DNA of 64,000 nucleotides, taken from the NCBI GenBank assembly GCA_050084515.1, contig CM114271.1:11532001-11596000 (forward strand). The letters run 5' to 3'. Every line of letters starts with the position of its first letter. The stretch's first letter is position 1. The notes beneath the pieces are model-generated. The model was not told the origin of the DNA. It saw nothing but the letters and a program-made list of their open reading frames with translations, and made no database searches. Positions 1-13,400 of this stretch are shown in pieces. This DNA is from Blasia pusilla (taxonomy: Eukaryota). The translations under genes and the position numbers were made by a program.

Positions 1-1532
<1,532 letters not shown>

Positions 1533-2219
1533 GGAGCGGCTCAACTAAGGTCCGAAAATTCACTCTCATTTTCCATACGGCAGTCCTTGCACCTTATCTT
1601 AACTTGAACTTTTACCCATATCCCTAGTGCTAAACCATACTCGTACCCCTCTATAAGCGGCATACATAGGCTTGCAAGATTTTGAGGCAAATCGGAAATT
1701 CCATGAATCCAAGACAAATGCGGGTAAGATGTGTGCTATCTACGGAGCAATAGTTGTTGTAAGGTTTGTTGGTTTTTCATAGTGTCTGGTGGTGTAGTGA
1801 CGACAAAGTGTGGGGTTTAACAAGATATCCATTCACTTGTCATCATTTCTTTTTTTGTGCGGTTGTGCAACGCGGGTGGCTCTGATGTTTTACTTGTGTC
1901 CCTTGTGTCAATGGATAGTATGTTGTGACACCTGAGATCGCATTGTTTCGCCACTCTTTGCCATGAAAGGCTGAAATATTATACTTCGAGTGGTTGGAAG
2001 TTCATGTTTTGAAGTGCTATGAGTCTCGCTTGGCTGATGTGGCCAAGCCTCTCATATCACAAAACAACATTAGTTGTTGTAGAGAGAGCAGTGACCTCCT
2101 TGTAGGTGGAATCTCTGGTTGATTGCTTAGGTGTTATGGACTCACCTAGGATATACAACTTGTTTTTCATCCTGCAATTTGCTATTGTTACGCCTGCTTT
2201 GTTGGTCAAGGTACAACGA

Positions 2220-2565
2220 TCAGAGAGAGCAAAGCGAATCGCATAAGCTCGGGAGGAAAACATGGAAATCATCGCCACAAAAGATGTCTAGAGTGGCAAT
2301 GGAATGGGAAGGGTGTATTGGGTCAGGAACAACACTGTAAATTTAAGTGTCACAGGGGTGTTTATGGTGCACATCTGTTGCTTTCTCACATGTTCTTGTG
2401 ATGACTTTGTCCACAGAGAGACAAGTGGGAAAAGGTATTTCCCTTGTAAGCACATGTAATATGTGTTGCTTGTAGTTTTAAGAGAGTCGGAGGTAGGAGT
2501 AGGTATCCACAAACCAATTCTGTCCCTCAAAGAAGTGCAAAGTACTTTAAACAAACCACTTTGAG
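2220..2565 (+). pseudogene. SWIM zinc-finger gene relic
   Basis: Manual translation: ERAKRIA*AREENMEII...GRVYWVRNN...GVFMVHICCFLTCSCDDFVHRETSGKRYFPCKHM*YVLLVVL. This is the CxC-x(n)-CxH SWIM signature with in-frame stops. Confidence 0.6.
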
Positions 2566-4439
2566 GATGCAAAATGAGGGGGGCTGGTATTTTGGCAGGA
2601 GAGAGTAAGAGAGGAGAGGAAGAGAGGAAGAGAGGAGAGTCTCTCTTCAAAAAAAAGGGCCAAATCCGCCTCCTCTCTTCAAAACTTTATGATATATTTG
2701 AAATTTTTGTTTGCTTTCAAATCCATGAAATCTTTAGAAGAGAGTAGGTAGTGGTCCACATTTGGCCCTAAAAAAACCTCCTTTTTCCTTGGGGCAAAAA
2801 AAAAGTAGACATCATAAGACCACCACAAACATTTTTCCATCACTCTCCATGTGAGCCTAAGTTTCTTAACATCTCCTCATCTCGGTCAACAAAAAGCAGT
2901 GCCCTTGGTATTTTTGTTGGAGGACCACCCGGATGCCAACCCTAAGCATCTACTCCAAGGCATCTTGCCTGAAATTTCTACCTCATCTACTTACAGAACC
3001 TGCCCTAACTAAAGCCTCTTGAGCAACATTGATGGCATAGGCTTGACTGTCTCTTGGACATGCTTGAAGGTGAGATCTACCTCTATATTCTTCCCATGCT
3101 TGCTTCTTCTCAATCTGGTTCGAGCCCCGCCCTCGTTCACACCTCCACTTAGCTCCACCTGCACAAATCTTCGAAATCACTCCTTGGATCCTCTCAACTC
3201 TATAGATCTCTCCTTGGATTCTCAAGCTTTATGGCCTTCAAATGAGGTCCTCTAGGCTTCCATGAGGAATCTTCTAGCCCACAAGAGTCCAAGCATTTGA
3301 GCTCAGCCTCCATTGACCTCTTCTTAGCCCCTTATTCTTCATTTCTTGGCCCTAACAATCAGATCCACCCCTTGGTTCAAACCCTCCTCTACAACAAAGC
3401 AATCAAGCACTCTATCTCCTTCATTGGATACCCTGGAGACTCCCTAGTGCCTACACCATCTCCCTTGTCTCCTCTAGGCTTGAGGTCAATGGAGTGACTT
3501 GGCTGCATTATCACCTTGTACAATCTTCTTGACTTGTTCTTGGACGACTTCTTCTTTGGGCCTTTCTCTTGCACCACCTCCACAAGTCCAAAAACATATT
3601 CAGAAAACTTTTACAAACACCATTATGGGTTCAAAAATCTCGTCCTTTATTACCTCCGAAGGAACTCGAAATGTACATTGAACCTAGTCTATGATTTCTT
3701 CCTCGTCATCTATAAATTTACTCCTAACTCTCCTCGGTGACAGTACCAAAGGAATGTCCTGGGATTCAAGTGGCTCCTCTGGCCGGTTGTAGACGGGGAT
3801 CGAAAATGTTGGCAAATTCGAGAGCCTTGGCCCCCCCCTAGGTACACCTTAACGGTCCCATGTAACCTGTCTCGAGTCCCACCGCCTTCCTCGGCAAAAG
3901 ATACCTTGCACGCTCCGCAATGTGACACCCATGCAGTATCAATATCTGCTCCGTCCCCGGTAATACCACTATGGCAACCGTACAGGTAGAAGGAATCCAA
4001 CACGTCTGAGAGAAGAAAAGAATCCTACGCCTGCCTTTACGAGTTGAGGGGAAGGTGCCAAGGGAAGAAGCCCGCCAGACTGCCTGATCCGAAAGGGTCC
4101 GATCAGGCAACCTGTCGGAATCAAACAGGTTGCCTAGAGGTGGTAAAAAGGGTCCAGTGGTCAAAAAGAGAAAAGTTGCAAGGAGGAGAAATCCGACGGG
4201 TTGCGATGGTCATAAAGTGAAAATTGCAAGCGAGGAGAAATCCGACGGGTTGCAAAGTAGAAGACCGTGGAGTACATAGACGATCACATTCAAAAAGAAA
4301 AATGATCACCAAACATTTACAAGCACCACCATCGATCGAAAAAATCTCTTGCTTTATATCATCCGAAAAAGCTCAGAATCAGACATTTGATCTATTCTAT
4401 GAAATCTTTTGCCAAATTATCAAAAACTCCCTACTCCAA

Positions 4440-5014
4440 ACGCCGCTGCAGTCAAGTGGTCGTTGAGTTCTTTGAACTCACTCGTCATCGCCCCTGAGCT
4501 CTTGCAAAATCACTTTCGCCTTGCCCTCCCGATTTTGGGAATCGTTGGAAGTGACGATGGAGTCACTACCAAGGATGGCTCTGGAACCGAGCTCTCGGCC
4601 GGTGGAGAGTTTACGCCCCAACGAGCCTTTCGATTACGCCTTTGCCTCCTTGCAAAGGTAAAACGATTCTCGCCTTCCTCGAGGCGAGAGAATGTTCTGC
4701 CACTCTGCCAGCGCCTCGATACTCGCCCCTGAAAGGCCCACTAAGTCGAACACCAAGTCACCCGGCCTTGAGCAGAGCTCGATGAGCGTTTGCATCGGGT
4801 GGCGACTTTTCCTTCCCCGAAGCGGGTAGTCTTGTCTTGCATGTAAATTCCGAGGGGAATTGTACAAACTATCTAAGTGCACCCATCGAGCATGGATCCA
4901 CAGGATCCTGGATCTTGAACACCTGGAAATTGTGCTCGGGCGGAACGGGCAAAGACACGTAGGAGTGGTCCATCTAAATCAAAGACGAAACAATGTCGAA
5001 ACTAAAGAAGTCGC
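4440..5014 (-). CDS. Probable last exon: C-terminal SAM-binding half of an N6/N4 methyltransferase-like fold (frameshifted)
   Basis: RGRKSRHPMQTLIELCSRPGDLVFDLVGLSGASIEA, then after small indels WQSGR(N)IL.ALEE. Matches the LI..S.PGD.VLDPF.GSG.T..A...GR..IG.E pattern. The 3' end is approximate. Confidence 0.6.
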
Positions 5015-5039
5015 CTTGAGAAGATTTTCAATAATCGAC

Positions 5040-5420
5040 TTTGGATCAACTGCCGAGTCCGACGGGTTGTTTGTCCCGACCCACCAGCCGGAACCCGACC
5101 GGGTTGCGCTTGCTTTTGGGTTTTCCAAGTTGATTTTGGTTTTCGGATGCAACCCGTCGGAAGGCGTCGGGTTCTTTGGCCTAGACCAGCCCATGCTTGC
5201 CTGAGAGCAACCCGTCTGATAGCAACCCGTCGCTATTAGACGGGTTGCATCCAAAACCCAAAATCAACTGCAACCCGTCGGGTTCCGACGGGTGCAGTCA
5301 CACCGCGGTTTTCCCTCTGTATGTGGGAAAGATGCAACCCGTCGGAAACCGACGGGTTGCTCTCAACCGAGCATGGGCTGCTCTAAGCCAGCAACCCGTC
5401 GCCTTCTGACGGGTTGCTCA
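5040..5420. repeat. Intronic cluster of about 7 palindromic repeats
   Basis: For example tgcaacccgtcggaaaccgacgggttgc at 5333 and gcaacccgtcgccttctgacgggttgc at 5391. Confidence 0.9.
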
Positions 5421-5498
5421 CGGACAAAAAAAACCCAGACTGACTCTCATTCATCATTTTAAGATAATTGAAATTATTGTACAGGAATTGAGCCTTAC

Positions 5499-7506
5499 CC
5501 GAATCTGACTCGTTGCGGATCGGAGTGGGTACTCGTTTTTGATGATCCATGATTGTGCCGTCCTCCACTTTAGCGACCTCTTGACGCACTGGAGGTTGAA
5601 GAGCTCGTTCTCGCTCCCTCCAGTCAACACCAAGAAGCAACCCCTGTCACTCATATAGGCGTCTGCAAAGGAAAACAAAAGTACAATCTGGTCATAAGTG
5701 AGCGGCAGATTCCACTCAGGTACCTCGTCCGCCGGATTTTTGCCCCAAAGTCGCAACCTCGAGGGCAGATCGGCGATCAAGAGATCCACCGCAACCTCTT
5801 CCATCACTCCATTCACCGTCCAGGCAGCGTGCCCGTTTCGTTGGAGCTTCCGTCCCAGCGTTGTCAATTTTTCGATGGCAGTTGTCGACGCTTGAGAACT
5901 GAAGCTGTTTAGCTCATCCAGTAAAGAGGTGAACTGAAGGAGGACGCTTGTCCGGGTCGTTGTTTGTTTGTGTCTTCCCAAGGATGATGGGTTGTATTCT
6001 CCTTGGGACAACCCGGGCACCTCTCGCTTCCGCTTCTCCCTAGTCTGGGGACGGCTTGTCGGGGTTTCTATGACCTCGGATTCTCGTGGCGTTTTCTTCG
6101 CCGAGGACCTGGTCCGACCCTCTCTTCCCGCTCGTCCGGACGATTTCGCCTCTGGCCTCTCATCTTCAGGCTCTCTTTGGGAAGTCTCGCCTCTGAATTT
6201 TTCCCTCCCCTCGCCTTGCCTTTGAGACCCGCTGTGGATTTGTCTTTGGCTGTCCGGACCTTGAAGCCAACTCGGTGTCTCGTGGGCCTGCTCTTCTGCA
6301 TCTCCTCCGAAGAAGTCTTCAGGCTGGACGAAATTTGGGATGTCGTCTTGTCCTGAGGCCACTGCATCATGGAGCACTCGTAAGTCCTTATCCGTGATGT
6401 CTTCAGGGTTGTTGAAGTCGAGCCAAATGGGGCAATTCTCCACCTCCCAATCCGACATGTGCTGACCCATCTCCACGTCGTACATGGAGAATGTCTCTGC
6501 ATCCGGCGGCGAAGCCCACAATTTCAAGGCTGCCGGTAATTTTCCCCACGTACCTACGTTCTTACACTGGACGAGGTACCTGAATACCATCCGTTGGGCA
6601 GCTTTTAGTCGAACATTATCGGCCGTCTGCTCCTGTAGATCTCGCTTCTTCTTCGCTTGATCCCGTTTGTTACCCTCTACTTCTTCGTCAAGCTCTGCCT
6701 GAGGGAGGACGCAAACCTTGAACATGGTCTTGAATCCTGGGTTCTTGGTTGGCTTGTCCCCGATGTCGTCGAGCCAAACCTCGTAATCTCCAGAACTTTC
6801 AAGGTTTGCTTCCGGCGGAATGGGCTCTAATCTTCTGAGCTCCGCTTGCAGACCGTCCAGCACGGACTTCCCGATTACCCGCAACGCGTCCCAGAACGAC
6901 CATTCGCGTAGCCAATGCGAGATCACTGGATCGGACACACCCGGAGGATGGTGTGCCACCCTCTTCTGGGCCTCTAAGCCCTCGAGACTGATTTTCATCA
7001 GTCGTATCCTCCTGGACTCGCTAATCCCGGATAACGCAAAACGATGCACGCGATCCAGCGACACTTTCTCCCCAATCCGACCATGCGGATCTTCATCCCT
7101 CTTCCGCTGACGCTTGATAATCGCCTTGAGCTCCTTGTAGAACTCCGGACCAAGTTTGGGGTTGAGAATGCTGATGTATCGCTGCATCTTGCTCGCCGTG
7201 TATTTCGTTGCAGCAGATACAACAGCTTGGATGAATTTGGCGCGCTCAGACGCAGATACCTTCTCCCTCCGCTCCAGCTCCAGTGCAGCGCTTTTCTTCG
7301 CGGCCTGTATCTTCGACCAGCAAAGGATGGTTACGGCTGCATCTTGAGAAATAAACTTGTTTGCCCAAGTTTTCTTCTTAATCTGAGCACCCTTTGCAAG
7401 CATCTGATTGACGAGGGCATCGCCCAAGAACCCCCTGTACTCTCCCGGGTACGTCGTAAGCACCTTCCTCATCCAATGGTGGGTGACATTCCCCTCCGAT
7501 ACAATC
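5499..7506 (-). CDS. Large exon: helical region, disordered linker, N-terminal half of a beta-class amino-methyltransferase-like fold
   Basis: Lies in the 686-aa ORF 5454-7514. AG acceptor at 7508-7507 is in phase with the ParB exon and GT donor is at 5498. VDLLIADLPS (about 5761-5790) resembles motif IV D-P-P-Y, followed by AYMSDRGCFLVL and WRTAQSWII. Confidence 0.7.
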
Positions 7507-7519
7507 CTGCACATCCAAA

Positions 7520-8370
7520 CTCAACCCGTCAGGAAATTACATGGGTTCCTGCAACCCGTCGGACTCGACGGGTCGTCACAAGCTCAGGGTCGGATTCTAG
7601 CAACAAGCTAAATGATGCAACCCGTCGGACTCGACAAAGTTGCATTCAGATTTGCTAATGCCAGGTAAGCAACTTTCGCCGGACTCCGACGGGTTCCGGA
7701 TCGCACGCTTTTTCGGATGTTTTTAAGATTGCAATCGGTCGGACTCGGCGACTTGTATGATTGAACATAGATTTAACTAGTTGTTGGCCAAAGCAAACCG
7801 CCGGAGTCCGACGGGTTGCTCGATAGTCGCTTGTGAGGTTGTTTTTAAGAATGCAACTCGTCGGACTTCGACGAAGTTGCTCGAGGATCGACGCGTTTAG
7901 AAGGTTTTGCCCCAAAGCAACCCGTTGAGTCCGACGGGTTGCTTGCCTCGAAGCTATTTTTCCCCATATCAACCCGTCGGAGTCCGATGGGTTGATTTCG
8001 GCCAAAAACAGTTTCGAGGCAAGCAACCCGTCGAACTTCGACCGATTGCTTTGGGGCAAAAACCTTCTAAACCTGTAGTCACTCGAGCAACTCGTCGGAG
8101 TCCGACGAGTTGCATTCTTAAAAAAACAACCTCACAAGGCGGCCTGTCGAGCAACCCGTTGGACTCCGACGATTTGCTTTGGGCCAAAAACTAGTTAAAT
8201 CTATGTTCCATCAAACAAGTCGTCGGAGTCCGACGAGTGTCAATCTTAAAAAAACATTCGGAAAACCGTGCAGTCTAGCAACCCGTCGGAGTCCGATGAG
8301 TTGCTTTCTGCCTAAACAAACCTAACTCATTCATCAATCGAGCAACTCGTCGGAGTCCGACGAGTTGCAA
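7520..8370. repeat. Intronic array of about 14 palindromes at about 52-66 bp spacing, forming a roughly 630-bp foldback
   Basis: Copies near 7550, 7616, 7668, 7730, 7793, 7852, 7917, 7969, 8023, 8087, 8151, 8215, 8278, 8342. Spacers mirror each other around about 7982. Confidence 0.9.
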
Positions 8371-8389
8371 AAGTGTTAAAGATACTTAC

Positions 8390-8788
8390 GTGTTCATGGC
8401 ATGCATTGCCATCTCCACCGTCGCCATGTGATGAGGGTATGGATGAAGGACGATTTGCCTTCACGCAGAAATGTGCCTCCAATGAGTTGGGGCGCTCCTC
8501 CGCAAACTTGGTCCACGCCATGAACCTGTGATTTCCATCCCACATGAAGAAATGCAGATTCCTCATCCAGCTGAATTCCGTGCCCTCAACTTGCCTTCTG
8601 AAGTCCTGATCTCGCATCCTCCAGAATGTGTCGAGATTTTCCAAGTCCTCCTCGGTAACCAGAGCTTGGGTTCCATGCTCGTCGTAAGGCTGAACATAGA
8701 AGGGAGGAAAACTGTCCACGTAGGATGCTGTCGCCGCCGATTGTTTTAGCTTTGCGATGTCCTCGTCGGACTGTATGTCGCCGGACGA
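8390..8788 (-). CDS. Exon encoding a ParB/Sulfiredoxin-like domain (one apparent +1 frameshift near 8455)
   Basis: DEDIAKLKQSAATASYVDSFPPFYV...FFMWDGNHRFMAW. After frame correction against copy 2 it continues VKAIVLHPYPHHMATVEMAMHAMN. GT donor at 8389 (gtaagt). Confidence 0.65.
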
Positions 8789-9083
8789 GTTCAAGATTCA
8801 CCCGACCTTTCATGTGTCATTGTTGAAGAAATATCTTCAAGATAATGGACGTTTCACGCGGAGACAGGTGGTGAGACCGCACCCGGTCATCATAAATGAG
8901 AAGCCAAAGTTTGAGGTGGAGACCATCTTACGTTCGAGGCGTCGGGCCAACAAGTATGAATACTTGGTAAAATGGAAGGGCTACCATGTGAAGGAGGCGA
9001 CTTGGATTGCGGAGGCAGATTTGGAACACGCGCAAGAGTTGTTGCAAGACTTCAAGCGAACACAAGCGAAGCACATGCGTTAG
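8789..9083 (+). mobile_element. Chromovirus (Ty3/gypsy) integrase C-terminus with chromodomain, fragment
   Basis: IHPTFHVSLLKKY then FEVETILRSRRRANKYEYLVKWKGYHVKEATWIAEADLEHAQELL. Confidence 0.85.
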
Positions 9084-9109
9084 TACGAGGAGAAGCTAGA
9101 GACATGACT

Positions 9110-9484
9110 TGTAACCAATGGAATCTTGGGCCGAAGGCCGTTGTAACTAGAATATGCTAGTGTTGCAATAAAGGAGTGTATGAATTTGGAGATTCGATGC
9201 GAGAGTTGATTGCAATTTGTATGTGATAGTGCAAGGCTATGAGTCATTCATCATAGGCTTAGGATGTAAGTCAAGAGGACAGACAAGGAGTATTTGAGGT
9301 GAGAGCTCGTATGTGGATAAGCACCTAGAACACGACCTTGTGTTGGATTACACTCGGGCTCACCCTAGCGTCGGCGTGGCAGATGATGTCTGTCTTGGGG
9401 CTTGGGTGATCTTACTTGTGGCTACATAAGTAAACTTAGTGACGCACCTAAGTCGAATACGAGAGCGACCCAATAGTAGTACAA
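9110..9484 (+). mobile_element. Possible 3' LTR of the chromovirus fragment
   Basis: Follows a purine-rich tract after the chromodomain stop, starts TGT and has a candidate ACA end. No second copy in the window. Confidence 0.3.
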
Positions 9485-10859
9485 TTTGTAGACCAGGTAA
9501 ACATGTGTGATGTTTACAAGAGTGAGCCAGAAGAGTCTAAGGTTGCACACTTAGTTAGCTTATTTGATAGGTTAGTTCTTTGGAACCTGTCTAGGCTTAT
9601 CAAAGAGGAGAGGCTAATAATTCTAAGTGGGGCAAAGCGACAACTATAGACTAAGAGGAATTGCGGGTTAGCCACCTGAACGCAATTCAATGTGAAGGGG
9701 TAGGCTGCCCAGGAGACTTGACATAACAAAGGTTTGCGTTGATGAGGGCATCAACCTCTAAAGAGGGGTGAGTGTCGCGACCCTCATGACCAAACGAGTG
9801 CCAAGCGGAACATCGGAACATTAGCGGGCTCACGCTAAGATGGTTTGCACGTTGGAGTAGTCTCAAAGAGGAGACAAGAGACGAAACGCGAGCGAGGCGT
9901 CGCGTTTCAGATGTTGTGGTCGCGACCGAGAAATCTGGACCAAACGCGGAATGAGACTTGAAAGAAGTTGAGTCTAGGAAGTGGGTTGCCAAAGGAAGAA
10001 TCCGGATTTGGAACGCCACTAGCGTTTGAGAGTTTTTGACTGTATTTATGACCATAACTTTGAGCGCCAAGATGCGTTTGGATTAAATAAGGGTGCATTA
10101 GAAAGCTTATGGAAAGCTGGTTCAAACGCACTAAAGATCTTTGCAAACGCTTTAGCACTGGCTGAGAAACAACCCGGAAACGACTGTAAGTAGAGTTGGG
10201 TTGAGGGCCACAATGAAGGACCCGACCCTCCTTTTCCAAAGGGGGAGGGTTATTGGAGAACCCCAGAAGTACTAGTAAGGGGGAAGGTCTTCGAGAGTGC
10301 TTGGAACCCAAACCCCCACTTTGGGCGCCGTAGGGCGGCTCAAGGGCATGGAACGGAACGCGAGTTTGGGAGTTGGGTTGGAAAACCTGCACCAAGTCTA
10401 TTGAGGCGATTTTAGACATCCCTCTTGGATGTCACACCGCGACTCAATTACTTGGGTCTCGGTTTGGAACTCACACGAGGTCCGTTGAACAGTTGGGATC
10501 GCTAGGCGCGCAAGTGCCGTTTCAGATCCCTGGACTAACCAGGAAGTCTGTTCCAAGTCTTGAAGGACTTGCCGTGTTTTGGAAACTAGGAACTAAGGAA
10601 GGTTGAGCTTGATGAGACGCCGAGTTGAGAACTCGGTGGGTTGGAACGCTGGTTGGCCCGGACCCGACTAACGAGAGTGCGTGTTTGGATGCAGATCGGC
10701 GATGAGATCGTGACCTACTGAACGTACGCTTCCGCAACACTAAAGATTGACGTTCAAGGAGAGTAGGGGCGCAAAAATATGATGTTGATGCCACGGATCC
10801 GACATCGGGTGATCTCAATGCCATAGCGGTAATCTGCTCTGTAGCTGATGTATCTGAGC

Positions 10860-13400
10860 AGCCATCCTAGCCTCACGCTCGACATCTCCCTCGACGCGTC
10901 TAGGTGGTAGGACTCTACCTCCTCCATGGGCTGCTCCACCATCGTGTCGAGCAACTCCAACTCCTCGTTCCCCAAGAGGACCATCTGGTGCACGATCTCT
11001 AAGTCCACCTGGACCGACTACTCGCTCTTGTGCTTTCTCTGGCCCTCGGTCCGGACGTAACTCAGGATGTAAACTGAAACATCTAGCGCGTGTATGACCA
11101 TACCTCTGAAAATAGTCACACTGATAACCTCCTGGTGCAACACCATCTCCTCCTCCATGTTGAGGCTCACGACCATGACCCTAACGAGTGCAATCATGTT
11201 GATGATGGGCTCCACCACATGACCAACAAGTAATAGTAGGCGGCTGTTGCTGAGCCGCATATGAAGGCGCAGGTCTCTATGGCACGGCCTCCCGGTATCC
11301 TCCCTGAGCTCATGGTGCCACAGCCGACCTATCTCAAAGTCCACGTTGCTGCAAAGGTGGTGAAGACAATCGCGACTGCTCTCGTCTAGAACCCATGGTG
11401 GCTACGCTCTCTTATGCCATGTTGCGCTCAATGTTCTCAACGGTCCTAAAAACATCTCTCAACGTAGGGAGGTGTTCATAAGAAGCACCCCCTCATGCAC
11501 TCATGTCCGCAGGGTCCGGTCTAGCATCACGTACCATGACTGGATAGCCTGGGCCTTTGTCACCCCCTTAGTGACGTTGATCAATCAGCGCAAGCGAGTG
11601 TAAACCTCACGCAAACTCTCCCCCGGGCGCCTCTGGAAGTCATGGATGCTCCGCAACTTCCCCGTCCGTACCCCCTGGTAGCTCGCCCTCAACTCAGCAA
11701 AGAACTCGACCACGGGGTTGAATCTGGGATGAACCCGACTAGACGGTGCAACTGCTCCAGTGCGAGTGACCCCTCCTAAAACATCACTAGTGGAAGAGGA
11801 AGTAGCCTCTCTTGACTCCTCCTCCTCATCTGGGAACGGCTCCGGCCATGACACATAGTGTGGGTCATAGTAGAGTCGCCATGCCTCAATCTCCTGGGCA
11901 TATCTGTGGGAGAACTCATAGTAATCGTCCATGGGTGCCCCCTCTAAATGCTGGAACATACCATTCCATGTTGTAAATGGGTTGAACTCTCTAGAGTTCC
12001 TAGCCCGCTGTGAGTCACGCCAACTCCTAAACTCCGCAATGAAGTCGTGTAGCTCTATGGTGCCTACAGCACCCAAAAACCTACGAGGTCCTCTATCCCA
12101 GTCGTCCATCTCGTACGCCCAACTAGTAGGACCACTCAATGTGTATAGTGGATCACTAACACACTCCTCTACACGCTCCCCCTTGTCTGAAGATAACACA
12201 GAAGGAGATCGAGGTGGTCTCTCACGTGGAGATCCTCGAAACCTCGCACCACTCCGAGTAAACCCTCCAGAGCTACTCTCAGGTCCACTACCTTGCCTCT
12301 CAAAATCCTGAAAGGAGGCCATGATGGCCCTCGTGCCCCTCTCACACGATCACTCTCAACCTCGCGAGTAATCCCTCAATCACTTATCCCAAACATGCGG
12401 CACTCAATCTACACTCTCCCTCCCCGAGACGTGTAACATGCGATAACAAGTGGCGTGGTGCGGCAAATCGACCACGCTATCATCTCATCGATAACCTACC
12501 CTTAACTCTAGGCATCCTACACAAGTCTATGTCCCCTAAACCACATACATAAATGATGCTCTGAGCATCCACACAACCCAATATCCCCAAATAAACTACC
12601 AAAATCCCAGAATCCCTCACGCGTGCAGGATAAAGGACCAGAATGGGTAACCTGAACACATGTCGATGTTGCTCCTCAGCAACTGCAAATCTCAACCCCA
12701 ACTCTGTCGTGGAGACAACTCCTCCAATCAGCAAGTCATACTCCTCCCGTACTGACGTTGCTCAAAACTCCTCGATGGACAGTGCGGTTCCAACGGTACG
12801 GAATGGCTATAAACGGCACGGCCCTCGATGGTGGGATGCGGCACTCGAAAACATATCCTCCTCAATCAACAATAAACCCACACTCTGCTCCACAATGATG
12901 GTGCAGCTCTGCGATCGAGACGGTGCGGCCACGAGCGGCACGGTGCGGCAATCGGCGGCGCGTTGCGGCTACGGGCATCACGGCACGGTACTCGATCATT
13001 GTTGAGTGGATACCAATGACAACATAGCAGCATGAAATCAAAACTCAAACACCATAATCGGAGGTCATCTACCATCACTGGTTGATGACGCAACTGCGAT
13101 GACGATGGCGGCCAAACCAAAGTACGTGGTGGCTGCGCAAGTCAGAGAATCAACGGTGGTCGTGGAAGACCCTCCACTTCGTAATGGCGGAAATGGCAAC
13201 CAAAGGGTGGACAACGGCTGAATGCGGTTCTGAGCATCGCTAGGCAACGGCAACGGCAACGACCGACGGTGGCCGATGGACGGTGGATCGTTGACAGTGA
13301 CGATTGACCGTTGATGGTGATGACGGATCGTTGGTGGTGACGGTTGATAGTTGAACATCGATGGTGAAGGTTGACAGGTGATGGTGACTATGACGGCGAC
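10860..13400 (-). mobile_element. Ty3/gypsy gag relic plus 5' leader, related to the element at 43100-51929
   Basis: ORF 11585-12322 has RRFLGAVGTIELHDFIAEF..FQHLEGAPMDDYYEF..YQGVRTGKL, which aligns with RRFLGAMGTIDLDDFIEEF..FQHLEGPPMDDYMEF..YQGVRTDKV at 44280-44730. Boundaries approximate. Confidence 0.75.

Larger units (their letters stand above)
3740..8788 (-). mobile_element. Palindrome-rich repetitive element carrying a ParB-like/methyltransferase-like gene (copy 1, 5'-truncated)
   Basis: Palindromic motif recurs from about 4107 to 8370. Exon homologous to 55333-55786. Ends are not defined and no transposase is seen. Confidence 0.6.

Noticed and set aside
3710-4164. Coding-looking GC-rich segment downstream of the methyltransferase-like exon
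   Set aside because: No recognisable motif in any frame. It may belong to the element but cannot be called.
7520-8370. CRISPR array (palindromic ~27-bp repeats with ~35-bp spacers)
   Set aside because: Repeats are degenerate, spacers are mirror images of each other, the array lies in a spliceosomal intron, and no cas genes are present.
4440-9083. Chromodomain-methyltransferase fusion like bdelloid N4CMT
   Set aside because: The chromodomain is on the opposite strand and follows a gypsy integrase tail (HPTFHVSLLK). The adjacency is a rearrangement junction at about 8789.
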